DNA of 26,762 nucleotides from an uncultured Acidobacteriota bacterium (lineage in GTDB: Bacteria; Acidobacteriota; Thermoanaerobaculia; UBA5066; Gp7-AA6): assembly GCA_963764715.1 (NCBI GenBank), contig CAVXTP010000005.1:1-26762 (forward strand), written 5' to 3'. Numbering within the stretch: the first letter of the stretch is position 1; every line of letters begins with the position of its first letter. Shown here one piece after another: positions 18,571 through 26,583 of the stretch. Below the pieces are notes generated by a model. It did no database searches. It was not told where the DNA came from and saw nothing but the letters and a program-made list of their open reading frames with translations. The translations under genes and the position numbers were made by a program.

Positions 18571-20232
18571 GTGCGATCCAAGACCTTCCTCGCGCTCGGC
18601 CTGTCGCTTGCCTTCTTCGCATCGAAGCCCGCCTCCGCGACCTTTCACGAGATCATGGTCAAGGAGGTCTTCCCGGGCACGGCCGCGGCTCCGAACGCGC
18701 AGTACGTCATGCTGCAGGCCTGGGCGCAGTTCCAGAACTCGGTCGGCGGCCACACGCTCACCGTCTACAACGCCGCCGGAGTCTCGGTCGGGACCTTCAC
18801 CTTTTCGGTGGGCGTCGGAAACAGCGCCAACCAGATGACGCTCTTCATCGCGACGCCCGAGGCGGCGACGCTCTTCAATCTGACCGCCGACCTCGCGATG
18901 ACACCCGTCATCGCGCCGGCCGGCGGGAAGGTCTGCTGGGAGACCTGGGACTGTGTCGCCTGGGGCAACTACACGGGCGCCGCCGCGGGGGTCGGGACGC
19001 CGTTCAACGTCCCGGTGGGTCTCGAGCGCGGAACCGTCATGCGGCGCCGCCTCGACGTCGCCGGCAATCCGAGCCTCCTCGAGGGGGCCGACGACACGAA
19101 CGACTCGGCGAACGACTTCCTGGAGGCGCCACCGGCGCCGCGCACCAACCCGGGGGTCAACGGGACTCTTCCCGCCTCGACCTGCGGAAACAGCACGCTC
19201 GAGGGCCTCGAGCAGTGCGACGACGGCAATACGGCTGCCCTCGACGGCTGCTCCGCCGTCTGCGCCTTCGAGCCGCTGCTCTTCCTTTCGGCGGAGGCGC
19301 AAATCGTGGATGTTTCGGGACTCGCGGCCTCCAACGGCGTGCTCGAGCCGGGAGAATCCGCTGCCTTTTTTACGACCTGGTTCAACAACACGTCCGCCGC
19401 CGCGACACTTTCCGGCACGGGCGTCCTCTTCACGGGCCCGGCGGGCGCCACGTACGACCTCCTCGATGGCGCCGCGCAGTACTCCCTGCCCTCCAACGCC
19501 TCCGCCCCCTGCTCGGCTTCCCTCGACTGTTATGCCATCGGCGTCTCGGCCCCGGCCGTGCGCCCCTCCCAGCACTGGGACGCGCAGTACTCCGAGGTCC
19601 TGTCGAACTATGCCTTTCAGACCTGGGCGGTCCACATCGGCGAGAGCTTCCCGGATGTGCCGACGGGCAACCAGTTCTACGCCTTCGTCGAGAACCTTTT
19701 CCACAATGGGATCACCGGCGGCTGCTCCGCCGGCAATTACTGCCCCGCCAATCCCGTCACGCGCGCCCAGATGGCGGTCTTCCTGCTCAAGGCGAAGCTC
19801 GGTTCGGGCTACGTCCCGCCGGCATGCACCGGCGCGGTGTTCACCGACGTTCCCTGCACCGGGGGCGCGTTCGACCCGTGGATCGAAGACCTCGCGGGCC
19901 GCGGAATCACGGGCGGATGCGGCGGCGGCAATTACTGTCCCGGCAACACGGTCACGCGGGGCCAGATGGCGGTCTTTCTCTTGAAGACGCTGGAAGGCTC
20001 GGCCTACGACCCTCCGGACTGCGCCGGGGTCTTCCAGGACGTCGCGTGCACGCCGGGAACCGGCTTTTCGGACTGGATCGAGGAGCTCTACGCCCGCCAG
20101 ATCACCGGGGGTTGCTCGGCGTCTCCCTTGCTCTACTGCCCGGACAATCCCAACAACCGCGGGCAGATGGCGGTTTTTCTCGTGAAGACGTTCTCGCTCC
20201 TGCTCTACGGAGCGCACCTGCAGTTGGTGTGA
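18571..20232 (+). CDS. Secreted protein: lamin-tail-like N-domain, one Myxococcus-type cysteine-rich repeat (DUF4215-like) and the same SLH-like C-terminal module
   Basis: Signal peptide ending ASA-T; IMVKEVF...AQYVML; CGNSTLEGLEQCDDGNTAALDGCSAVC; SNGVLEPGE linker; three TGGC/YCP/TRxQMAVFL repeats. Confidence 0.87.
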   Translation: MRSKTFLALGLSLAFFASKPASATFHEIMVKEVFPGTAAAPNAQYVMLQAWAQFQNSVGGHTLTVYNAAGVSVGTFTFSVGVGNSANQMTLFIATPEAATLFNLTADLAMTPVIAPAGGKVCWETWDCVAWGNYTGAAAGVGTPFNVPVGLERGTVMRRRLDVAGNPSLLEGADDTNDSANDFLEAPPAPRTNPGVNGTLPASTCGNSTLEGLEQCDDGNTAALDGCSAVCAFEPLLFLSAEAQIVDVSGLAASNGVLEPGESAAFFTTWFNNTSAAATLSGTGVLFTGPAGATYDLLDGAAQYSLPSNASAPCSASLDCYAIGVSAPAVRPSQHWDAQYSEVLSNYAFQTWAVHIGESFPDVPTGNQFYAFVENLFHNGITGGCSAGNYCPANPVTRAQMAVFLLKAKLGSGYVPPACTGAVFTDVPCTGGAFDPWIEDLAGRGITGGCGGGNYCPGNTVTRGQMAVFLLKTLEGSAYDPPDCAGVFQDVACTPGTGFSDWIEELYARQITGGCSASPLLYCPDNPNNRGQMAVFLVKTFSLLLYGAHLQLV

Positions 20233-20254
20233 GGCGGACCGCGCAGGGCTCGGA

Positions 20255-20719
20255 GTGACTCTCGCCCTTTCGATCGCGGCCGCCGCCGTGGCGGCCGCGC
20301 TGCTCATCGCGCTGCCCCGGTTCCTGCTCCGCCGGGCGCAGGACCGTCTGGCCGCGAGGCTTCTCGCCGAGCCGGGCGCCGCGTTCAAGCTCCTGACGCG
20401 CGCCGAGCGCGTCGCCGGCGCGCACCGGCGCTCGCCGGGCGTGCTCGGACTGACCGAGGAGGCCGTGACCTTCCACGGCCTCTTCGGCGAGAACGACCTC
20501 CTGCCGACGTCCCGCATCCAGAAGATCGCCACCGGACGAAGGCTCGCGAGCGGCCGCAAGCTCCTCCGGCAGGAAGTCCTCCGCCTGACGCGGGCGAACG
20601 GCGAAGATCTCGAATTCGTTCTCTCACCGGCGTCTGCCGGGGCCTGGCGAAGTCACCTCGGGCTCTGGGCCATCGCGGAGCGCAAGGCCGCGATGGACGA
20701 GGTTACGCCCGGCCGCTGA
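20255..20719 (+). CDS. Hypothetical protein with an N-terminal membrane anchor, possibly PH-like fold
   Basis: N-terminal hydrophobic helix; GVLGLTEEAVTF...I..I pattern reminiscent of bacterial PH domains; co-oriented 22 nt after the previous gene. Confidence 0.7.
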   Translation: MTLALSIAAAAVAAALLIALPRFLLRRAQDRLAARLLAEPGAAFKLLTRAERVAGAHRRSPGVLGLTEEAVTFHGLFGENDLLPTSRIQKIATGRRLASGRKLLRQEVLRLTRANGEDLEFVLSPASAGAWRSHLGLWAIAERKAAMDEVTPGR

Positions 20720-20924
20720 GGTCGCTCGACTCGACACCGGACCCCGGACTCGGCTCCCGAAGCCTTCGGCAGCTCCGAACCGTGGCATTGGCAGCAAATC
20801 GACCACGCGCCTGATCTGATCCATTTGCATCAACCGGCGGTAAGCTGCCCCGAATAGACTACGGTGGAACTTCATACCGTCTCAACCTTGACGGGCAAGC
20901 ATGCGCCCAAGAAGGAGCGTGAAG

Positions 20925-21845
20925 ATGTCGAAGCTCGAGGTCCGAAAATCACTTTTGCTGCTCGTCGTGTGCCTCGCATTGGCGGGTGCGCTCGTGAGTT
21001 GCGCGCCTCCCCAGGAACTCGTCACGGCGAACGAGGCGATCGAAAAGGCTCGCCAGGAGGGCAAGGACAAAGAATGCCCCGATGAGTTCTTTGCCGCCGA
21101 GAACCTGAAGAACGAAGCCTACGCGATCTGCCAGCCGTGCGACACGAAGAAGGCGATCGAGCTGGCAAACCAGTCACTGGCCAAGACGAGGGGACTCTGC
21201 CCGGCCAAGCCCGTCGTCGTGGCCGAGAAGCCGGCGCCCGCTCCCGTGGCCCCCGCTCCGGCCGCCGCCAGTGTGTCGGTCTCGGCGAGCCCCACGACGA
21301 TCCAGCAGGGACAGTGCGCCACCCTGAGCTGGTCCTCCTCGAATGCCACGAGCGTCACGATCGACCAGGGTGTCGGCAGCGTCGACGCCAACGGCTCGCA
21401 CCGCGTCTGCCCCGATCACACCACGCAGTACGGCGTCACCGCGAGCGGCCCCGGCGGGTCCCGCTCGGCTTCCACGACCGTGACCGTGAACAAGGTCGTC
21501 GACCGCCTGACGCTCCACGTCAATTTCGACTTCAACAAGGCGACGATCCGAAAAGCCGACGACGCGGACCTGACGAAGGCCATCGCCTTCATCGAGAAGT
21601 ACTCCGGCTCGCAGGTATCACTCGTGGGATACACGGACAGCGTCGGCAGCGACGCGTACAACCTGAAGCTCTCGGAAAAGCGGGCCGAGGCGGTCAAGGA
21701 CTACCTCGTGAAGCACGGCGCCAACGCGGCCCGGATCCAGACCGAGGGACGCGGAGAGGCCGATCCCGTCGCCGACAACAACACGGAGAAGGGCCGGGCC
21801 GAAAACCGGCGGGTCGAGATCCTGATCCTGTCCGAAGCCACGTAG
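20925..21845 (+). CDS. OmpA-family lipoprotein (helical Cys-containing N-domain, Pro/Ala linker, Ig/PKD-like domain, OmpA C-terminal peptidoglycan-binding domain)
   Basis: AAGGAG SD before ATG 20925; lipobox LVSC; VNFDFNKATI, GYTDSVGSDAYNLKLSEKRAEAVKDYL, GRGEADPVADNNTEKGRAENRRVEI. Confidence 0.92.
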   Translation: MSKLEVRKSLLLLVVCLALAGALVSCAPPQELVTANEAIEKARQEGKDKECPDEFFAAENLKNEAYAICQPCDTKKAIELANQSLAKTRGLCPAKPVVVAEKPAPAPVAPAPAAASVSVSASPTTIQQGQCATLSWSSSNATSVTIDQGVGSVDANGSHRVCPDHTTQYGVTASGPGGSRSASTTVTVNKVVDRLTLHVNFDFNKATIRKADDADLTKAIAFIEKYSGSQVSLVGYTDSVGSDAYNLKLSEKRAEAVKDYLVKHGANAARIQTEGRGEADPVADNNTEKGRAENRRVEILILSEAT

Positions 21846-21877
21846 GCCTGGACGCGGACCACGCCGCGAAGCTCGAA

Positions 21878-21909
21878 CCGGCGCCCTGCAAGGGGCGCCG
21901 GGCGTTTTT
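21878..21909 (+). terminator. Probable Rho-independent terminator
   Basis: CCGGCGCCCT-GCAA-GGGGCGCCGG hairpin, then GCGTTTTT. Confidence 0.7.
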
Positions 21910-21993
21910 GTGGGCCCGATGCCGGAGCACAAGGTGGCAATGCGCCAGGCCCCCGCCGGTCGCTGACATCCCTCGGCTATAGTTTCGAGCCGC

Positions 21994-22947
21994 ATGAAGG
22001 CTCGCACCGCGATGGCGCTCGCCGCCCTGATGCTGTCCCGCGCGGCCGCCGCGCAGACGCCACCGGCCCCGGCGCCCCGGCTCGTCGCCCCCGGGGTCAT
22101 CTCGACCGGCGACATCGAGTTCGGACCCGCGCTCTCTCCCGACGGGAAGACGCTCTACTTCTGCAAGGGCAGCCCGGGCAACCGGCGCGTCATGTGGATC
22201 GTCGTCTCGAGGCTCGAGAACGGCGCCTGGACGACTCCCGAGATCGCGCCATTCTCGGGCCGGTACACGGACATCGATCCGACGATTTCGCCCGACGGGA
22301 AGTCGCTCTTCTTCGCCTCCACGCGGCCGACCGAGGGGACCGAGCCGAAGAAGGACTTCGACCTCTGGGTCGTCGAGAAGACGACCGGGGGCTGGAGCGA
22401 GCCGCGCAGTCTCGGCGCGCCGGTCAACAGCGCCGGCTCGGAGACGACGACCTCGGTGGCCGCCGACGGCACGCTCACTATCGGCGCGTCCGGGCGCGAC
22501 GCCGGGCCGCGTACGGGGCGGCGGCTCTACCGCTCGAAGCTCGTGGACGGGAAGTACCAGGCCCCCGAGCCCCTGCCGGCCCCGATCGACGCCGGCGAAG
22601 AGGACTCCAACCAGTACGTCTCCCCCGACGGGCGGTTCATGATCTTCCTCTCGAAGCGCCCCGGCGCGGAGCCCGCGCTCTACGTCTCGTACCTCGAGGG
22701 AGCGGCGTGGTCGGCGCCGGAGTCGATCGGGGCGAAGCTCAACGCCGAGTTCTCCCCCTACACTCCGCTCGTCTCGCCGGACGGGAAGACCTTCTACTTC
22801 ACCAGCGTGAAGGGCGTCTTCGACAGGCCGCCGATCGCTCCGATGTCCTACGCGCGGTTCCTCGAGGCGATCCGCTCTCCCGGCAACGGCCTCGGCGACA
22901 TCTACTCCGTCGGCATCGAGGCCTTGAGCCTGCGCCCCGGGCGCTGA
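21994..22947 (+). CDS. Secreted WD40-like (PD40) / TolB-like beta-propeller protein
   Basis: Signal peptide AAA-Q; repeated SPDGKTLYF / SPDGKSLFFAS / SPDGRFMIF / SPDGKTFYF; GWSEPRSLGAPVNS. Confidence 0.88.
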   Translation: MKARTAMALAALMLSRAAAAQTPPAPAPRLVAPGVISTGDIEFGPALSPDGKTLYFCKGSPGNRRVMWIVVSRLENGAWTTPEIAPFSGRYTDIDPTISPDGKSLFFASTRPTEGTEPKKDFDLWVVEKTTGGWSEPRSLGAPVNSAGSETTTSVAADGTLTIGASGRDAGPRTGRRLYRSKLVDGKYQAPEPLPAPIDAGEEDSNQYVSPDGRFMIFLSKRPGAEPALYVSYLEGAAWSAPESIGAKLNAEFSPYTPLVSPDGKTFYFTSVKGVFDRPPIAPMSYARFLEAIRSPGNGLGDIYSVGIEALSLRPGR

Positions 22948-22957
22948 CGCTCCGACG

Positions 22958-24652
22958 ATGCCGCACGAGACGGCGCTGATCGCGACGATCGCGGGCGGAT
23001 TCGCCCTCGCTTTCGTGCTGGGCCTCCTCGCCGTCCGCCTGCGGCTGCCGCCCCTCGTCGGCTATCTGCTCGCCGGCGTCGCCGTCGGCCCCTTCACGCC
23101 CGGCTTCGTCGCGGACGCGGGCCTCGCCTCGCAGCTCGCGGAGATCGGCGTCATTCTCCTGATGTTCGGCGTGGGGCTCCATTTCTCGCCCGGCGACCTC
23201 CTCGCCGTCCGAGGCATCGCGGTGCCCGGCGCCATCGGCCAGATCCTGGCCGCGACCGCCCTCGGCGCCCTCGTCGCGCACCTCTGGGGCTGGCCCTGGG
23301 GCTCGGGCATCGTCTTCGGTATCTCGCTCTCGGTCGCGAGCACCGTGGTGCTCCTGCGGGCGCTCGAGGACCGCGGCGAGCTCGAAACGGGCGACGGACG
23401 GATCGCGGTCGGCTGGCTCATCGTCGAGGACCTCGTCACCGTCCTCGTCCTGGTGCTGCTCCCGGCGCTCTCGGTGCCGCTCGGCGGGACAGCGGCCGCG
23501 GCGGGTCACGGAGGCCCGGGGCTCGCCGCCGCGATCGCCTGGACACTCGTCAAGGTCGCGGCCTTCGTCGGCCTCATGCTCGTCGTCGGCCGCCGCGCCG
23601 TGCCGTGGCTTCTCGAGCGGGTCGCCCGCACCGGCTCCCGCGAGCTCTTCACGCTCGCGGTCCTCGCCACCGCGCTCGGGATCGCCGTCGGCGCCTCAGC
23701 GCTCTTCGGCGTCTCCTTCGCCCTCGGCGCGTTCTTCGCGGGCATGGTCATCAGCGAATCGGACCTCTCGACGAAGGCCGCGTCGGATGCCCTCCCCCTC
23801 CAGGACGCCTTCGCCGTGCTGTTCTTCGTGGCGGTCGGAATGCTGTTCGACCCGACGATCCTGGTGCGTCAGCCGCTGCGCGTCGTCGCGGTCATGCTGA
23901 TCGTCATGGTCGGGAAATCGATCGCGGCCGGGGTCATCGTCCTTCTCTTCCGGTACCCTCTCCGCACGGCGTTGACGATCTCGGCGAGCCTCGCCCAGAT
24001 CGGCGAGTTCTCGTTCATCCTCGCGGCCCTCGGGATGTCCCTCGGCCTGCTGCCGCCCGAAGCCCAGAGCCTCATCGTGGCGGGGGCCCTCCTGTCGATC
24101 ACGCTCAACCCGCTGGTGTTCCGGACGATCGAGCCCATCGACCGCTGGCTTCGCTCGCACCCGCGCTTCGCCCGCCGATTGGAGCCCGCCGCCGTGCTCG
24201 CGGAAGCGCCGGAGGGTCTCGACGCGGACCACCTCCGCGGCCACGCCGTCCTCGTCGGTTTCGGGCGGGTCGGCGGGCGGGTCGGCATGGCGCTCTCGGG
24301 GCGCGGGATCCCATTCACCGTCATCGAGCACGATCGCGACGCCGCGGCCTCACTGCGCCGGCGGTCCATTCCGGTCGTCTACGGCGACGCCGCGCGGCCC
24401 GGGGTCCTCGAGCACGCCGGTCTGCGCCACGCGCGCCTGCTCGTCGTCACGGCGCCGGACCCCTTCCAGGCCCGCGCCGTCATCGACCTCTCGCGCAGGA
24501 TCAACCCCGGGATCGACATCGTCGTCCGCACCCACAGCGACGGCGAGCGCGAGTACCTCGAGGGCAAGAACGTCGGCAAGGCCGTCATGGGCGAGCACGA
24601 GCTCGGCGAGGCGATGGCCCGCTACGCGCTCGAGCGGCTGACGGGCTCGTAA
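22958..24652 (+). CDS. ybaL: YbaL-family CPA2 cation:proton antiporter with C-terminal TrkA-N/RCK domain
   Basis: MPHETALIATIAGG, PPLVGYLLAGV..GPFTPGFVAD, AEIGVILLMFGVGLHFS, SVASTVVLLRALE, GWLIVEDL, LAQIGEFSFILA, LVGFGRVG. Confidence 0.9.
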   Translation: MPHETALIATIAGGFALAFVLGLLAVRLRLPPLVGYLLAGVAVGPFTPGFVADAGLASQLAEIGVILLMFGVGLHFSPGDLLAVRGIAVPGAIGQILAATALGALVAHLWGWPWGSGIVFGISLSVASTVVLLRALEDRGELETGDGRIAVGWLIVEDLVTVLVLVLLPALSVPLGGTAAAAGHGGPGLAAAIAWTLVKVAAFVGLMLVVGRRAVPWLLERVARTGSRELFTLAVLATALGIAVGASALFGVSFALGAFFAGMVISESDLSTKAASDALPLQDAFAVLFFVAVGMLFDPTILVRQPLRVVAVMLIVMVGKSIAAGVIVLLFRYPLRTALTISASLAQIGEFSFILAALGMSLGLLPPEAQSLIVAGALLSITLNPLVFRTIEPIDRWLRSHPRFARRLEPAAVLAEAPEGLDADHLRGHAVLVGFGRVGGRVGMALSGRGIPFTVIEHDRDAAASLRRRSIPVVYGDAARPGVLEHAGLRHARLLVVTAPDPFQARAVIDLSRRINPGIDIVVRTHSDGEREYLEGKNVGKAVMGEHELGEAMARYALERLTGS

Positions 24653-24741
24653 GGGCCGCTGTGAAGGTCGCTCGAAACGCGACCAAGTTTCGCGAGGCCA
24701 CGATCGAAACGACTCGCGTTGCGGGAGCCGGAGCGCAACGA

Positions 24742-24804
24742 GGAGGCCAGGTCGGCCGTCGAGCCCCTTTGGGCGAGCGGCCGACCGGTGCGAAGCAGGC
24801 CTCC
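24742..24804. repeat. Nested palindromic element between ybaL and the tRNA 3' end
   Basis: GGAGGCC(24742-48)/GGCCTCC(24798-804) enclosing GGTCGGCCG(24750-58)/CGGCCGACC(24778-86), an inner GCCC-CTTT-GGGC and a GCGAAGC mini-hairpin (24790-96). Confidence 0.6.
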
Positions 24805-24827
24805 GAGCAAGCGAAGGCGACGGTCAC

Positions 24828-24903
24828 TGGCTGTGGGGGGTGGAATCGAACCACCAACCTTCCGGTTAACAGCCGGACGTTGTACCAATTCAACTACCCC
24901 ACA
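24828..24903 (-). tRNA. tRNA-Asn (GTT), CCA encoded
   Basis: 76-nt cloverleaf: acceptor TGTGGGG/CCCCACA, D arm GTTG/CAAC, anticodon arm TCCGG-CTGTTAA-CCGGA, T arm GGTGG-TTCGATT-CCACC, discriminator G, then CCA. Confidence 0.97.
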
Positions 24904-24915
24904 ACCGCACGCCCA

Positions 24916-25320
24916 TCATAACGGCGGAAGGAACGGGATGACGCGGGACGCGAGGGGCCCGGGAATCGCCGAGAGCGCGGTCAGGATCTCCTCGGGCCGG
25001 TAGCGCTGCGAGAAGTGCGTCAGGACGACGGCTTCGTTCTCGAAACGGTCGGCGCGCGCCAGGATGTCGTCGAGGTGGATGTGCGCGTACTCGCGCGCGC
25101 GGCCAACGTCCTCGGGCAGGACGAACGAGCACTCGAGCAGGAGCACGCGGGCGCGGAGGATCTCCGGCGCGGCGTCGAAGATCTCCGCGGAGCAATCCCC
25201 CGGGTACGCGAAAGAGGGATCTCCTCGCGGCGCGTGACCTCGACGCCCTTCCTCCGGAGAGCGGCGATCTCCTCCCCGCCGTGACCCGCGAGCTCGTCGA
25301 TGAGCTTGTGCCGGACCTCG
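24916..25320 (-). pseudogene. C-terminal half of a TM-type tRNase Z / MBL-fold hydrolase; 5'-truncated with one frameshift (possibly a sequencing artefact)
   Basis: EVRHKLIDELAGHGGEEIAALRRKGVEVT (KL flexible-arm motif), frameshift at ~25212, then FAYPGD, LLLECSF, AHIHLDDI, LTHFSQRY. The N-terminal HxHxDH region is missing. Confidence 0.8.
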
Positions 25321-25323
25321 GAG

Positions 25324-26418
25324 TGCCCGTTCACTTGCGAGTTCTGCGACATCATCGTGACCTTCGGTCTGACGGCCTCGCCTCAAGTCGAGCGAGCAAG
25401 TCTTGGCCGAGCTTGAAGCCTTCCAACAGGCCGGGTTTAGAATTGTTTTTGTGGTTGACGATAATCTGATCGGCAACAAAAAGGCGATTAAGCCGGTGCT
25501 CCGCGACATCATCCGCTGGCAGCAAGAGCGCGCCTATCCGCTGACGCTTTTCACCGAAGCCTCGCTCGATCTCGCCGAGGATGAGGAGCTCATGGAACTG
25601 ATGGGTCTCGCCAATTTCCAGAACGTCTTCATCGGCATCGAGACGCCGAACGAGGACTTGACGAGAAACCAAGAAACACCAGAACGTGCGGCCGAACGCA
25701 GGGACCCTCCTTGAGCGCGTGCATCGCGTCCAACAGCGCGGCATCGACGTCTGGTGCGGCATGATCGTTGGCTTCGATCACGACGATACGTCGATCTTCG
25801 AGGTGATGCCAAAGTTCCTGGCCTACGCGCGCATCTCAGCCGCGCTCATAGGCATGCTGCACGCGATCCCGACGACGCCCCTCTATGATCGGTTGAAGCA
25901 GGAGGGGCGGCTGAGTGACGATGAAGCCAGCGACGAATTTGGCACGAATGTCATTCCACTCGGCATGTCACGGGAAGAGCTCCGCGAGGGCTTTATCCAG
26001 GTGATGCAGGAGCTGCTATCGCGCTGACGCCTATTTTCAACGCCTCGATGCCCAATTCATCGACGAGGAGTTCAAGTTCACGATACACCAGCTCCCTTAT
26101 TGGGCGAGCCATCGCTGGGCCTGGGCGAAACGATGCCTGCTCAACTACTGCAGATTCCTTGTCGTCACTACGCGCCTGCTGCGCTTGGTAACGGACGAGG
26201 CGCTTCGGTCGAGATACAGGCAACAGCTGTTACGCATGCTGCGCATCCGCTGGCGCGAGCCCCACATCCTGTTCGTCTACGCGCTCAAGGTCGCGACCCA
26301 TTATCATTACGCCGCGATTACCCGTGCTTTGAAAGTCCAGGCATGGCAGTTCTGCCCGATGCGGGTGATCATTCTCGCGCGTGCGAAGCGACGGGCAGAG
26401 GTGCAAGCCGCGGCTTAA
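25324..26418 (+). pseudogene. 5'-truncated, multiply frameshifted B12-binding-class radical SAM protein (DUF4070/HpnP-like family)
   Basis: CPFTCEFCDIIVTFG (CxxxCxxC) at 25324; frameshifts at ~25370, ~25660 and ~26020; VDDNLIGNKK, FTEASLDLA, VFIGIETP, GMIVGFDHD, AIPTTPLYDRLKQEGRL, TNVIP. The cobalamin-binding N-domain is absent. Confidence 0.85.
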
Positions 26419-26425
26419 CAGACTT

Positions 26426-26541
26426 CGGAGCATCGGCGAAGAGGTCGACAACGGGTATGCCTGGCGCCAGCTGATGCAGCACTGCCTTCATCTGACCCGT
26501 ATAGGGCCGTGCAACCCGAAATCCGTGAACAGCACAATCAA
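26426..26541 (-). pseudogene. N-terminal fragment of a SAM hydrolase / SAM-dependent halogenase family protein (DUF62)
   Basis: From TTG 26541: (M)IVLFTDFGLHGP, 1-nt frameshift, YTGQMKAVLHQLAPGIPVVDLFADAP. TDFG...Y...MKAV...P...+DL is the family's N-terminal signature. Similarity ends near the convergent radical SAM stop. Confidence 0.7.
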
Positions 26542-26583
26542 GTTATCAACTCATCAGCGAGTCCTAGTGTGATGCCAGCCGCC

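Noticed and set aside
14033-20232. CRISPR array or diversity-generating retroelement behind the repeated sequences
   Set aside because: The repeats are degenerate protein-coding repeats. There is no repeat-spacer periodicity, no reverse transcriptase and no adenine-specific template/variable pair.
20720-20924. Riboswitch or sigma54/ECF promoter in the 200-nt leader of the OmpA gene
   Set aside because: Only short hairpins and partial boxes (TTGCAT, TAGACT, GGAACTT) with non-canonical spacing; no recognisable aptamer.
25370-25372. TGA in the radical SAM gene as a second Sec codon
   Set aside because: It arises at a +1 frameshift where Arg (CGA) is expected, not at a Cys position, and is out of frame with the upstream CxxxCxxC.
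25324-26418. Naming the radical SAM fragment hpnP
   Set aside because: The motifs are shared by the wider DUF4070 family; the gene is truncated and has no hopanoid gene context.
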